A stretch of DNA of 37,787 bases, from NCBI GenBank assembly GCA_944393475.1, contig CALYAI010000003.1, positions 1 through 37,787 of the forward strand, in the 5' to 3' direction. A program made the translations under genes and the position numbers. Positions 1 through 9,019 of the stretch are shown here, piece after piece. The notes under the pieces are model-generated. The model was given only the letters and a program-made list of their open reading frames with translations. It did no database searches and was not told where the DNA came from. Within the stretch, counting starts at the first letter, position 1. Every line of letters starts with the position of its first letter. The DNA comes from an uncultured Clostridia bacterium. Its GTDB lineage: Bacteria; Bacillota; Clostridia; TANB77; CAG-508.

Positions 1-2839
1 AGATTGTACCCTTGTTACCATGACGTCCAGCCATTTTATCTCCGACTGATATTTTTCTCTTTGTTGCTATATAACATCTTATTATTTGGTTTACACCTGG
101 TCCTAATTCATCTGAATTGTCCCTTGTAAAGATTTTTACATCAACTATTGTTCCTGCTTCACCATGTGGTACTTTAAGTGATGTATCTCTAACTTCACGA
201 GCTTTTTCTCCAAATATTGCACGAAGTAATCTTTCTTCTGCAGTTAATTCTGTTTCACCTTTTGGTGTAACCTTACCAACTAAGATATCTCCAGGTCTTA
301 CTTCTGCACCAATTCTTATAATACCATTTTCATCTAGGTCTTTTAGACTTTCTTCACCAACATTTGGTATATCTCTTGTTATCTCTTCTGGTCCTAATTT
401 TGTATCACGACATTCGCAATCATATTCTTCTATATGTATTGAAGTGAACACATCTTCTTTTACTAACCTTTCATTTAATAGGATAGCATCTTCGTAGTTA
501 TAACCTTCCCATGTAGAGAATGCTACTAATACGTTTCTTCCCAATGCCATTTCACCATTTTTAGTTGCAGGTCCATCAGCTATAGCGTCACCTTTTTTAA
601 CTTTTTCGCCCTTAACAACTATTGGTCTTTGGTTAATACATGTTCCTCCATTTGTTCTTTTAAATTTATTTAGTTTATGTGTTTTTGTTGTTCCATTTTT
701 ATATTTAACTGTAATAGCCTCTCCTGTAACTTTTTGGATTACTCCATCATCTTCTGCTAATATTAATATTCCAGAGTCTTTTGCTGCTCTATATTCCATT
801 CCTGTTCCAACTATTGGAGCTTCTGGCATAATTAATGGAACTGCTTGACGTTGCATGTTTGCACCCATAAGTGCACGTTTTGCATCATCATGCTCTAAGA
901 AAGGTATCATGGCTGCACCAATAGAAACTAATTGTTTTGGTGATACATCCATTCCTGTTACCATTTCTTTATCTACTTCTATAATATCATTTCTATATCT
1001 AACTTTAACCCTGTCATTTACAAAGCTTCCGTCTTCATTTAATGGTTCTTCTGCTTCTGCAATATAGTTACCATCTTCTACATCTGCACTCATATATTCT
1101 ACTTTATCAGTAACCTTATGTGTCTCTGGATCTACTAATCTATATGGTGTTTCTATAAATCCATATTCATTTATTTGTGCAAATGAAGAAAGTGCAGATA
1201 TAAGTCCTATGTTTGGTCCTTCTGGAGATTCTATTGGACATAGTCTTCCATAGTGTGTATAGTGAATATCACGTACTTCGAATCCTGCTCTTTCTCTAGA
1301 AAGTCCACCAGGTCCTAATGCTGAAATTCTTCTTTTATGTGTTAATTCAGAAAGTGGGTTTGTTTGATCCATGAATTGTGACAATTGTGAGCTTCCGAAG
1401 AATTCTCTTATTGCAGATGTTATTGGTTTTGTGTTAATTAATGTTTGTGGTGTTACTACGTCTAGATCTTGAATTGTCATTCTTTCACGAACAACTCTTT
1501 CTAATCTTGTTAAACCAATTCTAAATTGATTTTGTAATAACTCTCCAACACAACGAATACGTCTATTTCCTAAGTGATCTATATCATCTATTTCCCCTAA
1601 ATTATGATCTAGATTTAATAGATAACTTACAGAAGCTAAAATATCTTCTGTTGTAACATGCTTTGGAACTAATTCTTCATATCTTTGTTTTATTACATCG
1701 TGTAAATCTTTTTCTTCAGTATTATCTAATATACTTTTTAATACTTCATAATTTACCATTTCTTTAAAATGTAAATCTGATATATCTACATTTGTTACAA
1801 AGTCATGTATATTTACTGTTCCATTTCCTATTATTTTTACTGGTGTATCTTCTACTTTTACTTCTACTACATTTATTCCTGAATTTTGTATTTCTTCTGC
1901 AATATCTTTAGAAATAACTTCTCCTGCTTCTACAAATACTTCTCCTGTTTCTGGATTTATAATGTCTTTGTTAGCTATTTTTCCAGAAATTCTTGTAGCC
2001 AAACTTAATTTTTTATTATATTTGTGTCTTCCAACTTTTGCTAAATCATATCTTCTTGCATCGAAGAATAATCCATTAAATAAATTTTTTGCAGCATCAA
2101 CTGTTGGAAGTTCCCCAGGTCTTAATTTTTTGTAAATTTCTATTAATGCTTCATCTTGAGTTTTAATAGGATCCTTTTCCAATGTTACTTTTAATTTTTC
2201 TTCGTTTCCAAAGAAATCAAGTATTTGTTCATCTGTTGATAATCCTAAAGCTCTTAATAGAGTTGTTACTGGAATTTTTCTAGTTCTATCTACACGTGCA
2301 TAGAATACATCGTTACTATCTGTTTCGTATTCAATCCACGCACCTCTAATTGGCATTACTGTAGATGTAAAGATTTTCTTTCCTGTTTTGTCATATGTAA
2401 AATCATAATAACAACCAGGTGAACGAACTAATTGGCTTACTACAACTCTTTCTGCACCATTAATAATAAATGTTCCACTTTCTGTCATTAAAGGGAAATC
2501 TCCTAAATAGATTTCTTGTTCTTTAATTTCTCCTGTTTCACGATTTATTAGTCTTACTTTTACATGTAAACGTGTAGAATATGTAGCATCTCTTTCTTTA
2601 GCTTCATCTAAAGAATATTTTGTTTTGTCTTCCATGTAGTAATCGAAAAACTCTAGAACTAAATTTCCTGAATAGTCGATAATTGGTGAAATATCTTTTA
2701 ATACTTCGCCTAATCCTTCTTCGACAAACCACTCATAAGAATCTCTTTGAACTTTTATAAGGTTAGGCATTTCGATATAGTCGCCAACTTTTGCAAAGTT
2801 CTTTCTTGAGCTTTTTTCGTGCTTAATTTCTTTTAACAA
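1..2839 (-). CDS. rpoB: DNA-directed RNA polymerase beta subunit (3'-partial, runs off the left edge)
   Basis: Manual minus-strand translation: TTG at 2839 after RBS AGAGGTGA gives [38 protein letters not shown]. Contains [35 protein letters not shown] (Rif cluster I), [14 protein letters not shown], and ends at [14 protein letters not shown] in the same frame. Confidence 0.98.
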   Translation of the reverse strand, partial: MLKEIKHEKSSRKNFAKVGDYIEMPNLIKVQRDSYEWFVEEGLGEVLKDISPIIDYSGNLVLEFFDYYMEDKTKYSLDEAKERDATYSTRLHVKVRLINRETGEIKEQEIYLGDFPLMTESGTFIINGAERVVVSQLVRSPGCYYDFTYDKTGKKIFTSTVMPIRGAWIEYETDSNDVFYARVDRTRKIPVTTLLRALGLSTDEQILDFFGNEEKLKVTLEKDPIKTQDEALIEIYKKLRPGELPTVDAAKNLFNGLFFDARRYDLAKVGRHKYNKKLSLATRISGKIANKDIINPETGEVFVEAGEVISKDIAEEIQNSGINVVEVKVEDTPVKIIGNGTVNIHDFVTNVDISDLHFKEMVNYEVLKSILDNTEEKDLHDVIKQRYEELVPKHVTTEDILASVSYLLNLDHNLGEIDDIDHLGNRRIRCVGELLQNQFRIGLTRLERVVRERMTIQDLDVVTPQTLINTKPITSAIREFFGSSQLSQFMDQTNPLSELTHKRRISALGPGGLSRERAGFEVRDIHYTHYGRLCPIESPEGPNIGLISALSSFAQINEYGFIETPYRLVDPETHKVTDKVEYMSADVEDGNYIAEAEEPLNEDGSFVNDRVKVRYRNDIIEVDKEMVTGMDVSPKQLVSIGAAMIPFLEHDDAKRALMGANMQRQAVPLIMPEAPIVGTGMEYRAAKDSGILILAEDDGVIQKVTGEAITVKYKNGTTKTHKLNKFKRTNGGTCINQRPIVVKGEKVKKGDAIADGPATKNGEMALGRNVLVAFSTWEGYNYEDAILLNERLVKEDVFTSIHIEEYDCECRDTKLGPEEITRDIPNVGEESLKDLDENGIIRIGAEVRPGDILVGKVTPKGETELTAEERLLRAIFGEKAREVRDTSLKVPHGEAGTIVDVKIFTRDNSDELGPGVNQIIRCYIATKRKISVGDKMAGRHGNKGTI

Positions 2840-3025
2840 CTAAATCACCTCTAAAATAAAATATAAGCAGTTTGAAAAAATTATATATGAACATTGAAAA
2901 GTCCCTCTTGCAATTAAAGTTTTATAATAACTTCCAAATTCCTGCTTTATAAATTTTTCCGTTAGAATATCACTCTAATTCAATTCCTCTTTCCAATTAA
3001 ATATAACCGATTTTTAGGCAACAAA

Positions 3026-3068
3026 AAGGTATGCTGGCAATTACTATCTTTTTTTGCCAACCTACCTT
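3026..3068 (-). terminator. Terminator/attenuator-like hairpin in the rpoB 5' leader
   Basis: Minus strand AAGGTA-G-GTTGGCAA / 13-nt loop / TTGCCAGC-A-TACCTT, followed by TTTGTT. Confidence 0.55.
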
Positions 3069-3140
3069 AGTCATTTAAAATTACTTTTTACTAATAATTT
3101 TAATTATTTTTATCACCCGAACATTTAAAATATCTTAAAT

Positions 3141-3170
3141 ATAATATCATCAATCCCTACGGATTGTCAA
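3141..3170 (-). promoter_or_regulatory. SigA-type promoter for rpoB
   Basis: Minus strand TTGACA (3170-3165), 18-nt spacer ending TGA, TATTAT (3146-3141); extended -10. Confidence 0.7.
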
Positions 3171-3294
3171 GGTTTTAAGCCAATATTTTTAGATGTTTTT
3201 TCCATTTTTTATCTTTTTATAGAATAATTTAATTTGTATTTTTATTTTCCGTATGTTATACTACAAAAAAACGTAATTTTTTAAGGTGAGATAT

Positions 3295-4749
3295 ATGCAA
3301 GATAATAATACTAAAGATAATAATCAAAGAAATCTATCAGAAGCTTTTGAAGAACTAAAAAAAGCTAGGGAAGCTAGTATGCAGAAAGTGCAAAAACGAC
3401 CTACTAGCAAATCTACCTTTTCTAACTCTAAACCAAAAGTAAATAAAATTACTAATAATTCTAAACCAAAGAAGACTAAGCAAAAGAAAATGTCTTCTCC
3501 AAAATTGCCCAAAGCAAAACCTTATAACGGAATTGTAAGATATAAGTTTGATAGATTAAAAAGTAATAAAAAGAAATTTAAGCAATTCATCATTTTATCT
3601 ACTGTATATATTATAGTTATAATTGCTTTAATAGTTTTTATTGTTATGTATATTTCTAGTAAAAACAAGTACGAAAACCCATATGGCGATTTTGTTACTT
3701 ACGAGAAAAATACAAATCCTTTTAATATTAGTCAAATTCTTATTGATAATACTAATTCGACTAAAACAAAGGAAAAAACATATAGGGATAAGGAAATTCC
3801 TTTTTCTACAAAATACATTAAGAATGATTCTCTTCCTAAGGACGAAAAGGTTGTAAAACAACCTGGCGTAATGGGTCTTGAACGTGTTAATATTATTAGA
3901 ACATATGAGGGTGACGATTTAATTGACGAATCAACTTCTAGTATAGATATACTTTTAGCACCTGTTGAAGAAATTGTAGAAGTTGGTACATCGGATTTCT
4001 TAGTAAACTATAATGTACATTTAGGAGATATAATGTATATTATTTCTACAACATCTTTAATGGATGCAATAAATAATGGAACAGAAATTTGCAAAATTAC
4101 TAGATATATGGATGTTACCCTTTTAGAGGTTCTTGGAGATTGGTGTAAAATTTCTTTTGATGGAAAAGAAGGTTATGTTCCTGCCTCTTCATTAACATCA
4201 CAATCAACAACACCTGGCATTGTTGCACAAAACAAAGTTCAAAGAATTATATCAAATTTAAACTTTAATATGTCATTAAATGTAAAGAGTGGTTTAACAT
4301 TGGATGACTATAAACGTATCCTTTCTGGAGAAGCACGTGATGTTAATAAAATATTGGAAAACAATGCAGAAGCATTTTATAATGCAGAACAAAAATATAA
4401 TGTAAATGGAATATTATTAGTTGCAATGGCTATACACGAAAGCGGTTGGGGAACATCTGCAATTTCTTTAGATAAAAAGAATTTATTTGGATATGGTGCA
4501 TATGATAGTGATGCATATAATTCTGCATATACTTTTAATACATATGCAGAAGGAATAGATTTAGTTGCCAAGGTATTAGCAAAAGCATATTTAAATCCTG
4601 CTGGAATGTCTATGCCGGATGGAGATACAACTACAGGTAGATATTATTCTAGTCCAACATTATCCGGTATTAATACAAGATATTCTACAGACCCTAACTG
4701 GTGTACTAAAGTATTTTCTTATATGACATATTTTTATGATAAATTATAG
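3295..4749 (+). CDS. Membrane-anchored peptidoglycan hydrolase: TM, G5, SH3b and GH73 glucosaminidase domains
   Basis: ATG at 3295 follows AAGGTGAG. Basic N-tail and one TM. G5-like EIPFSTKY...VKQPGVMG...PVEEIVEVGT; SH3 WCKISFDGKEGYV; GH73 AIHESGWG, NLFGYGA and YSTDPNW. Confidence 0.88.
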   Translation: MQDNNTKDNNQRNLSEAFEELKKAREASMQKVQKRPTSKSTFSNSKPKVNKITNNSKPKKTKQKKMSSPKLPKAKPYNGIVRYKFDRLKSNKKKFKQFIILSTVYIIVIIALIVFIVMYISSKNKYENPYGDFVTYEKNTNPFNISQILIDNTNSTKTKEKTYRDKEIPFSTKYIKNDSLPKDEKVVKQPGVMGLERVNIIRTYEGDDLIDESTSSIDILLAPVEEIVEVGTSDFLVNYNVHLGDIMYIISTTSLMDAINNGTEICKITRYMDVTLLEVLGDWCKISFDGKEGYVPASSLTSQSTTPGIVAQNKVQRIISNLNFNMSLNVKSGLTLDDYKRILSGEARDVNKILENNAEAFYNAEQKYNVNGILLVAMAIHESGWGTSAISLDKKNLFGYGAYDSDAYNSAYTFNTYAEGIDLVAKVLAKAYLNPAGMSMPDGDTTTGRYYSSPTLSGINTRYSTDPNWCTKVFSYMTYFYDKL

Positions 4750-4790
4750 GGATTAGTAATACATCTTATTTTCCCTAAAAGGAGATTCAA

Positions 4791-5624
4791 ATGAAGAAAT
4801 TTTTAAAAAGGAAAGACTTAGTTATTTTATTAATATTAGTTATAATAATTATCGCATTATTGCCTTTTTATATATTAAAAATTAGAGAAGTAGTTCTTAG
4901 TAATAAATTTGCAAATGACATTGCTAAAGATTATTCTAATTATACAAATCCTGTATTTTATGTTGAAAAAATTATATATTATAGCAGTGCTTTTGTATCA
5001 GATAATAGTGAAAATGGCAATTTGCAAAAAATAAATATTGGGCAATATACGGATATTGCAATATATATTAACAATACAAAGAAATCAGATGCTCTAACAG
5101 ATGAGAACACAATTTCTGAGTTATATATTGACGATATAGAAGTTTCAACAAAATCTGGTAAAGGTGAATGTTTGCTAGCATATAAAAATCCTTATTACTT
5201 TGCAAATTATAAAGGATTGGAAGCTCCAGAAAGTGGTAGAATAGATTTTAATATTATTAACAACAATAAGGATAATAAGGAAAGTGCATATAATTCTCCT
5301 TCATTCTACCATGATTGTTCAAATCCAATTTCCTTAGGATTTATTAATAAAAATATTTTAACAGATGTAACTGTTTCTAACACAGATACTTTTGCTTTAA
5401 ATGGAACTATTCTTCAGAAATTAGATGTTCCATTGGATGATTTAATTTTTAACATGAGTTTTAAAATTCATATTAAAAATAATAAAAATGAAGAATTTGT
5501 CTGCAATGTAGATAGATCCGTATTGGACGACTCTTATGCAAATAGCATTTATAAAGATGGTTACCTTGCTTCGCAATATACTCCAAGTGAAGGTACATAT
5601 CAATTTATAAAAGTTTCAGATTAA
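4791..5624 (+). CDS. Hypothetical protein with N-terminal membrane anchor
   Basis: 277-aa ORF, RBS AAGGAGA, basic then hydrophobic N-terminus; no family recognised. Confidence 0.8.
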   Translation: MKKFLKRKDLVILLILVIIIIALLPFYILKIREVVLSNKFANDIAKDYSNYTNPVFYVEKIIYYSSAFVSDNSENGNLQKINIGQYTDIAIYINNTKKSDALTDENTISELYIDDIEVSTKSGKGECLLAYKNPYYFANYKGLEAPESGRIDFNIINNNKDNKESAYNSPSFYHDCSNPISLGFINKNILTDVTVSNTDTFALNGTILQKLDVPLDDLIFNMSFKIHIKNNKNEEFVCNVDRSVLDDSYANSIYKDGYLASQYTPSEGTYQFIKVSD

Positions 5625-5635
5625 TATAAAAGTAT

Positions 5636-5676
5636 AAAAACCACCTATTAATAATATAAATGAATAGGTGGTTTTT
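5636..5676 (+). promoter_or_regulatory. Inverted repeat (terminator-like) covering the RBS of the SpoVB-like gene and overlapping a possible SigE-type promoter
   Basis: AAAAACCACCTATT-13 nt-AATAGGTGGTTTTT is a perfect 14-bp stem. GTATA-N16-AATATAAAT resembles the SigE ATA-N16-cATAcanT consensus. Confidence 0.6.
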
Positions 5677-7200
5677 TTGAGGAAAGTAAAATTATTTATT
5701 ATAAATGGGCTTGCTCTATTTTTTATATCATTTTTTTTACAACTTATTGGTGTATCTTTTGGAGTGTATATATCTAATAGAATTGGTGATGAAGCCGTTG
5801 GATTATATCATTTATTAATGTCTACCTATTCTTTTGGAATTACTCTTGCCTTTTCTGGAATTAACTTAGCTTGTACCCGTATTGTGTCCGAAGAACTTGC
5901 AGTAAAGAATTTAAAAAATATAAAAATAGTCATGAGAAATTGCTTGCTATATAGTTTATTTTTTGGTATATTCGCTTTTCTTTTATTTTCTTCATTAGCA
6001 AATGTAATTTCTAAAAATATTTTACATAGCAAAATATCTATTAGTACAATTTGTATAATGGCCTTTTCCTTTCCATTTGCTTCTATTTGTTCTTGCTTAA
6101 GTGGTTATTTTTCTGCTGTTAGACATATTGTTAAAAGTGCAGTAGTACAAATCGCAGAACAAATATTTAAAATGGCTATTGTTGGTTTATTCCTAAGCTA
6201 TTTCTTCGATTCTTCTATTAATTCTGCTTGTTTGCTAATAGTGTTAGGAAATAGTATTTCCGAGGTTCTTTCCTGCTTTATTATGTTTCTTATTTATAAA
6301 TTTGATAGAAATAAATTATATAAAAAATATGGATACAAAGAAAATAATTTAAATTCTAATAATATTACAAAGAGGATTTTTAATATATCTCTTCCAATTT
6401 CGTCCACTACATATATTAAATCTGGACTATCTACTTTAAAGCAAATATTAATTCCAATAAAGCTGGAAGCTTTTGGACTAACTTGTAGTGAAGCTCTTTC
6501 TAAATATGGTATGATTAACGGAATGGTTTTCCCCATACTTTTATTTCCCAGCACCCTTTTGGGATCTTTTAGTGGACTTCTTATTCCTGAGTTTTCCTCT
6601 TTTAACATAAAGGGAGAAAATGAAATTATAAAAAATTCCATATATAAAATAATTAAATATACTTTAACATTTTCTTTTTTTATACTTGGGGTTTTCTTTT
6701 GTTTTGCTAATGAATTAAGTTTTTTAATTTATCATAATAATGAAATTGCTGAATATATAATATTTCTTACTCCAATAATTCTTTTTATGTATTTGGATAA
6801 TATCGTTGACGGAATTTTAAAAGGATTAAATAAACAAGTTAGTGTTATGATTATAAACATTATAGATTTAATAAGTACAATTTTCTTAATTTGGCTATTA
6901 TTGCCACTTTATGGCATTAAAGGATATTTATGTGTCTTATTTATTAGCGAAATTTTAAATTGTGGATTAAGTATTATCGTATTATTAAAATCTACTAAGT
7001 TAAAATTTGATTTAAAACAGTGGGTAATAAAGCCTTGCTTCGCTTTTTTTATAAGTACTATTATTCTTAATTTTATAAAAATAAGTTCATATAGTATTTT
7101 CCCTTTAATGGTAAATTTAATAATTTATGCTTTTATCTTTTGTATAGTATGTTTTTTTGTTAAGCTAATTTCGAAAAAAGAAATTAATTATTTTCTATAA
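5677..7200 (+). CDS. spoVB: SpoVB/MurJ-like MOP-superfamily flippase (stage V sporulation protein B-like)
   Basis: About 14 TM segments with VYISNRIGDEAVGLYHL, GYFSAVRHIVKSAVVQIAEQ and GMINGMVFPILLFP. Start is probably TTG 5677 (RBS AGGTGG 5 nt upstream); the ORF track uses GTG 5668. Confidence 0.78.
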   Translation: MRKVKLFIINGLALFFISFFLQLIGVSFGVYISNRIGDEAVGLYHLLMSTYSFGITLAFSGINLACTRIVSEELAVKNLKNIKIVMRNCLLYSLFFGIFAFLLFSSLANVISKNILHSKISISTICIMAFSFPFASICSCLSGYFSAVRHIVKSAVVQIAEQIFKMAIVGLFLSYFFDSSINSACLLIVLGNSISEVLSCFIMFLIYKFDRNKLYKKYGYKENNLNSNNITKRIFNISLPISSTTYIKSGLSTLKQILIPIKLEAFGLTCSEALSKYGMINGMVFPILLFPSTLLGSFSGLLIPEFSSFNIKGENEIIKNSIYKIIKYTLTFSFFILGVFFCFANELSFLIYHNNEIAEYIIFLTPIILFMYLDNIVDGILKGLNKQVSVMIINIIDLISTIFLIWLLLPLYGIKGYLCVLFISEILNCGLSIIVLLKSTKLKFDLKQWVIKPCFAFFISTIILNFIKISSYSIFPLMVNLIIYAFIFCIVCFFVKLISKKEINYFL

Positions 7201-7618
7201 TAATTAATACTTCATCTTCATTAATTATTTCTTTTTTTACTAGCTCATTATTAAAAATATAATGAACTAGTATTTTTATATTTTTTTCTTTATCTTGAAT
7301 TTCCATAATATCATGATGCTCTTCCTTACTATATGCACACATATCTATGTTATCTAAAATTTCTATATTTTTATTGTTTTGGCAAAAATATGCCCAATAT
7401 TTGTATGCAACATTGTCTACTTCTTTCTTTTTACAAACCGAAATAATTATATCTTGGTTTTTTGCTAAGATATTAATACCTTTAAAAATTTCTTTTCTTA
7501 TTTCTTTTATTATATCTATTTTTTCTATTTTTGTTTTAATTACTTTGTTTAAAAAATTAATTATCTCTTTAGTGTTGTTTTCTATATATTTTTTTAGAAA
7601 TTCTAATTTTATATTCAC
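7184..7618 (-). CDS. Hypothetical protein, apparently a degenerate Rpn/PD-(D/E)XK nuclease-family homologue
   Basis: Strong RBS GAGGAAGGAG before GTG. Blocks IINFLNKVIKTKIEKIDI, YKYWAYF, IEILD, EHH and LVHYIF follow the Rpn-family order. Confidence 0.65.
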   Translation of the reverse strand: MNIKLEFLKKYIENNTKEIINFLNKVIKTKIEKIDIIKEIRKEIFKGINILAKNQDIIISVCKKKEVDNVAYKYWAYFCQNNKNIEILDNIDMCAYSKEEHHDIMEIQDKEKNIKILVHYIFNNELVKKEIINEDEVLIIIENN

Positions 7619-7657
7619 AACAAAAAAGTCTCCTTCCTCAAGAGTTATATGTTACAT

Positions 7658-7686
7658 ATTAAAACATATTTAAATAATTTTTACAA
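7658..7686 (-). promoter_or_regulatory. SigA-type promoter for the 144-aa gene
   Basis: Minus strand TTGTAA-17 nt (ending TGT)-TTTAAT. Confidence 0.5.
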
Positions 7687-7695
7687 GATTATTCG

Positions 7696-7712
7696 TTCGA
7701 CATAATTCGACA
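7696..7712 (-). promoter_or_regulatory. Two tandem Spo0A boxes (TGTCGAA)
   Basis: TTCGACA at 7696-7702 and 7706-7712 both match TGNCGAA on the minus strand; 10-bp period; intergenic. Confidence 0.7.
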
Positions 7713-7729
7713 TATTTCATTTATGTTTT

Positions 7730-8857
7730 TTACCCCAGAGTTAAATTTAAAACATTTGTGTTGTTTCCTCTTTTATATTCTATCTCTATAATGTCTCCAG
7801 GATTTTTTGTATAAATATATTCTTTTATATCATTAATTGTATATATTTCCATTCCATCAATTTTTAGAATTATATCTCCTTTTCTTAATCCACTATTTTC
7901 TGCTGGTCCTCTAGCAGTTACACTTTCTATATATACTCCACTATCTAAATTTAAAGATTTATCTATATAAGAAATTATATCTTTGTCATACCCGGAAATT
8001 CCAATTATGGCTTCTTTAAACTCACCCGTAGTATTATACTTATCTATTATTGGTTTTAATATATTTATTGGCACAGCAAAACCAATTCCTTCTGCAGAGT
8101 CAATTTTTAAAGAATTTATACCTATAACTTCACCATTTGTATTAATTAATGGTCCTCCACTATTTCCCGGATTTATTGTTGCATCTGTTTGTATTAGATC
8201 AGTCATTAATACTTCTTCCCCATTTTCATTAAATTTTATCGTTCTAGACTTTGCACTTATTATTCCAGCAGTAACTGTTCTTTCAAATTCATAACCAAGA
8301 GGATTTCCCACAGCATATACTGTCTGTCCTGCCTGCACATTATCCGAATTTCCTAATTTTATACTCTGTAATCCTTTCATATTTATTTTTACTATGCTTA
8401 AGTCCATATCTGAATCTGCCCATACGACTGTTGCTTCATATGTGTTACTATTTTCTAAGGTTACATAGCAAGTACTATATTTATCACCCGAAACATGTCT
8501 ATTCGTTATTATATATCCATTTGCAGATGCTATAACACCTGTTCCCAATCCTAATTTTTCTATTCCATCCTCTGCTAAAACAGAACTTCCCATGTTTTGT
8601 AGTTTGGAAATTCCTACAACACTATGGTTAACTTCTTCTATCATCTCCTCTATCCCAATATCTTTTTCTTCTTTTTGAGTCGTAGTCTGCATGGTCCTAT
8701 CTACTTTTAAATCTTCATCTATTTTTGCTATATCAGTTCTTATATATAATCTTACTAAAGAGATTGTTAAAACCATTATTAGAGCAATTACAAATATAAT
8801 AAATAGTATATTTGTAATTCTTCTTTTTTTCTTTTTAGTTCTTTTGTATTCCTGCAT
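7730..8857 (-). CDS. htrA: HtrA/DegP-family serine protease (TM, trypsin-like domain, PDZ)
   Basis: TNRHV, MDLSIVKI, IQTDATINPGNSGGPL and a C-terminal PDZ (GPAENSGLRKGDII). ATG 8857 follows RBS AAGGGG; the ORF track extends to TTG 8905. Confidence 0.93.
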   Translation of the reverse strand: MQEYKRTKKKKRRITNILFIIFVIALIMVLTISLVRLYIRTDIAKIDEDLKVDRTMQTTTQKEEKDIGIEEMIEEVNHSVVGISKLQNMGSSVLAEDGIEKLGLGTGVIASANGYIITNRHVSGDKYSTCYVTLENSNTYEATVVWADSDMDLSIVKINMKGLQSIKLGNSDNVQAGQTVYAVGNPLGYEFERTVTAGIISAKSRTIKFNENGEEVLMTDLIQTDATINPGNSGGPLINTNGEVIGINSLKIDSAEGIGFAVPINILKPIIDKYNTTGEFKEAIIGISGYDKDIISYIDKSLNLDSGVYIESVTARGPAENSGLRKGDIILKIDGMEIYTINDIKEYIYTKNPGDIIEIEYKRGNNTNVLNLTLG

Positions 8858-8951
8858 AAACTTCAACCCCTTTTTGGTAAACTTTGTTATATTTATATTT
8901 TCCAAAAACTAATTTTTAATACAAATTTCATCAAGTATTTTTACTTTTCTA

Positions 8952-8981
8952 TTGAATTTTCACAAGTTATAAATATATAAT
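8952..8981 (+). promoter_or_regulatory. SigA-type promoter for the NRPS-kinase operon
   Basis: TTGAAT-18 nt-TATAAT, then RBS AAAGGATGTG before ATG 9020. Confidence 0.6.
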
Positions 8982-9019
8982 AAGTTTAAATTGATTTTTG
9001 ATACAAAGGATGTGATTAG

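Noticed and set aside
117-1067. Plus-strand ORFs of 126 and 70 aa, and the many other short antisense ORFs in the track
   Set aside because: They are shadows on the opposite strand of clear genes (rpoB, tex, adhesins, VanW, SDR), with no RBS and Ser/Phe/Ile-biased composition.
1190-1410. Rifampicin-resistance substitutions in rpoB
   Set aside because: Key cluster I residues (Q, D, H, S in SQFMDQ...THKRRISAL) are the sensitive type. The only variant noted, PIESPEG versus PIETPEG, is conservative.
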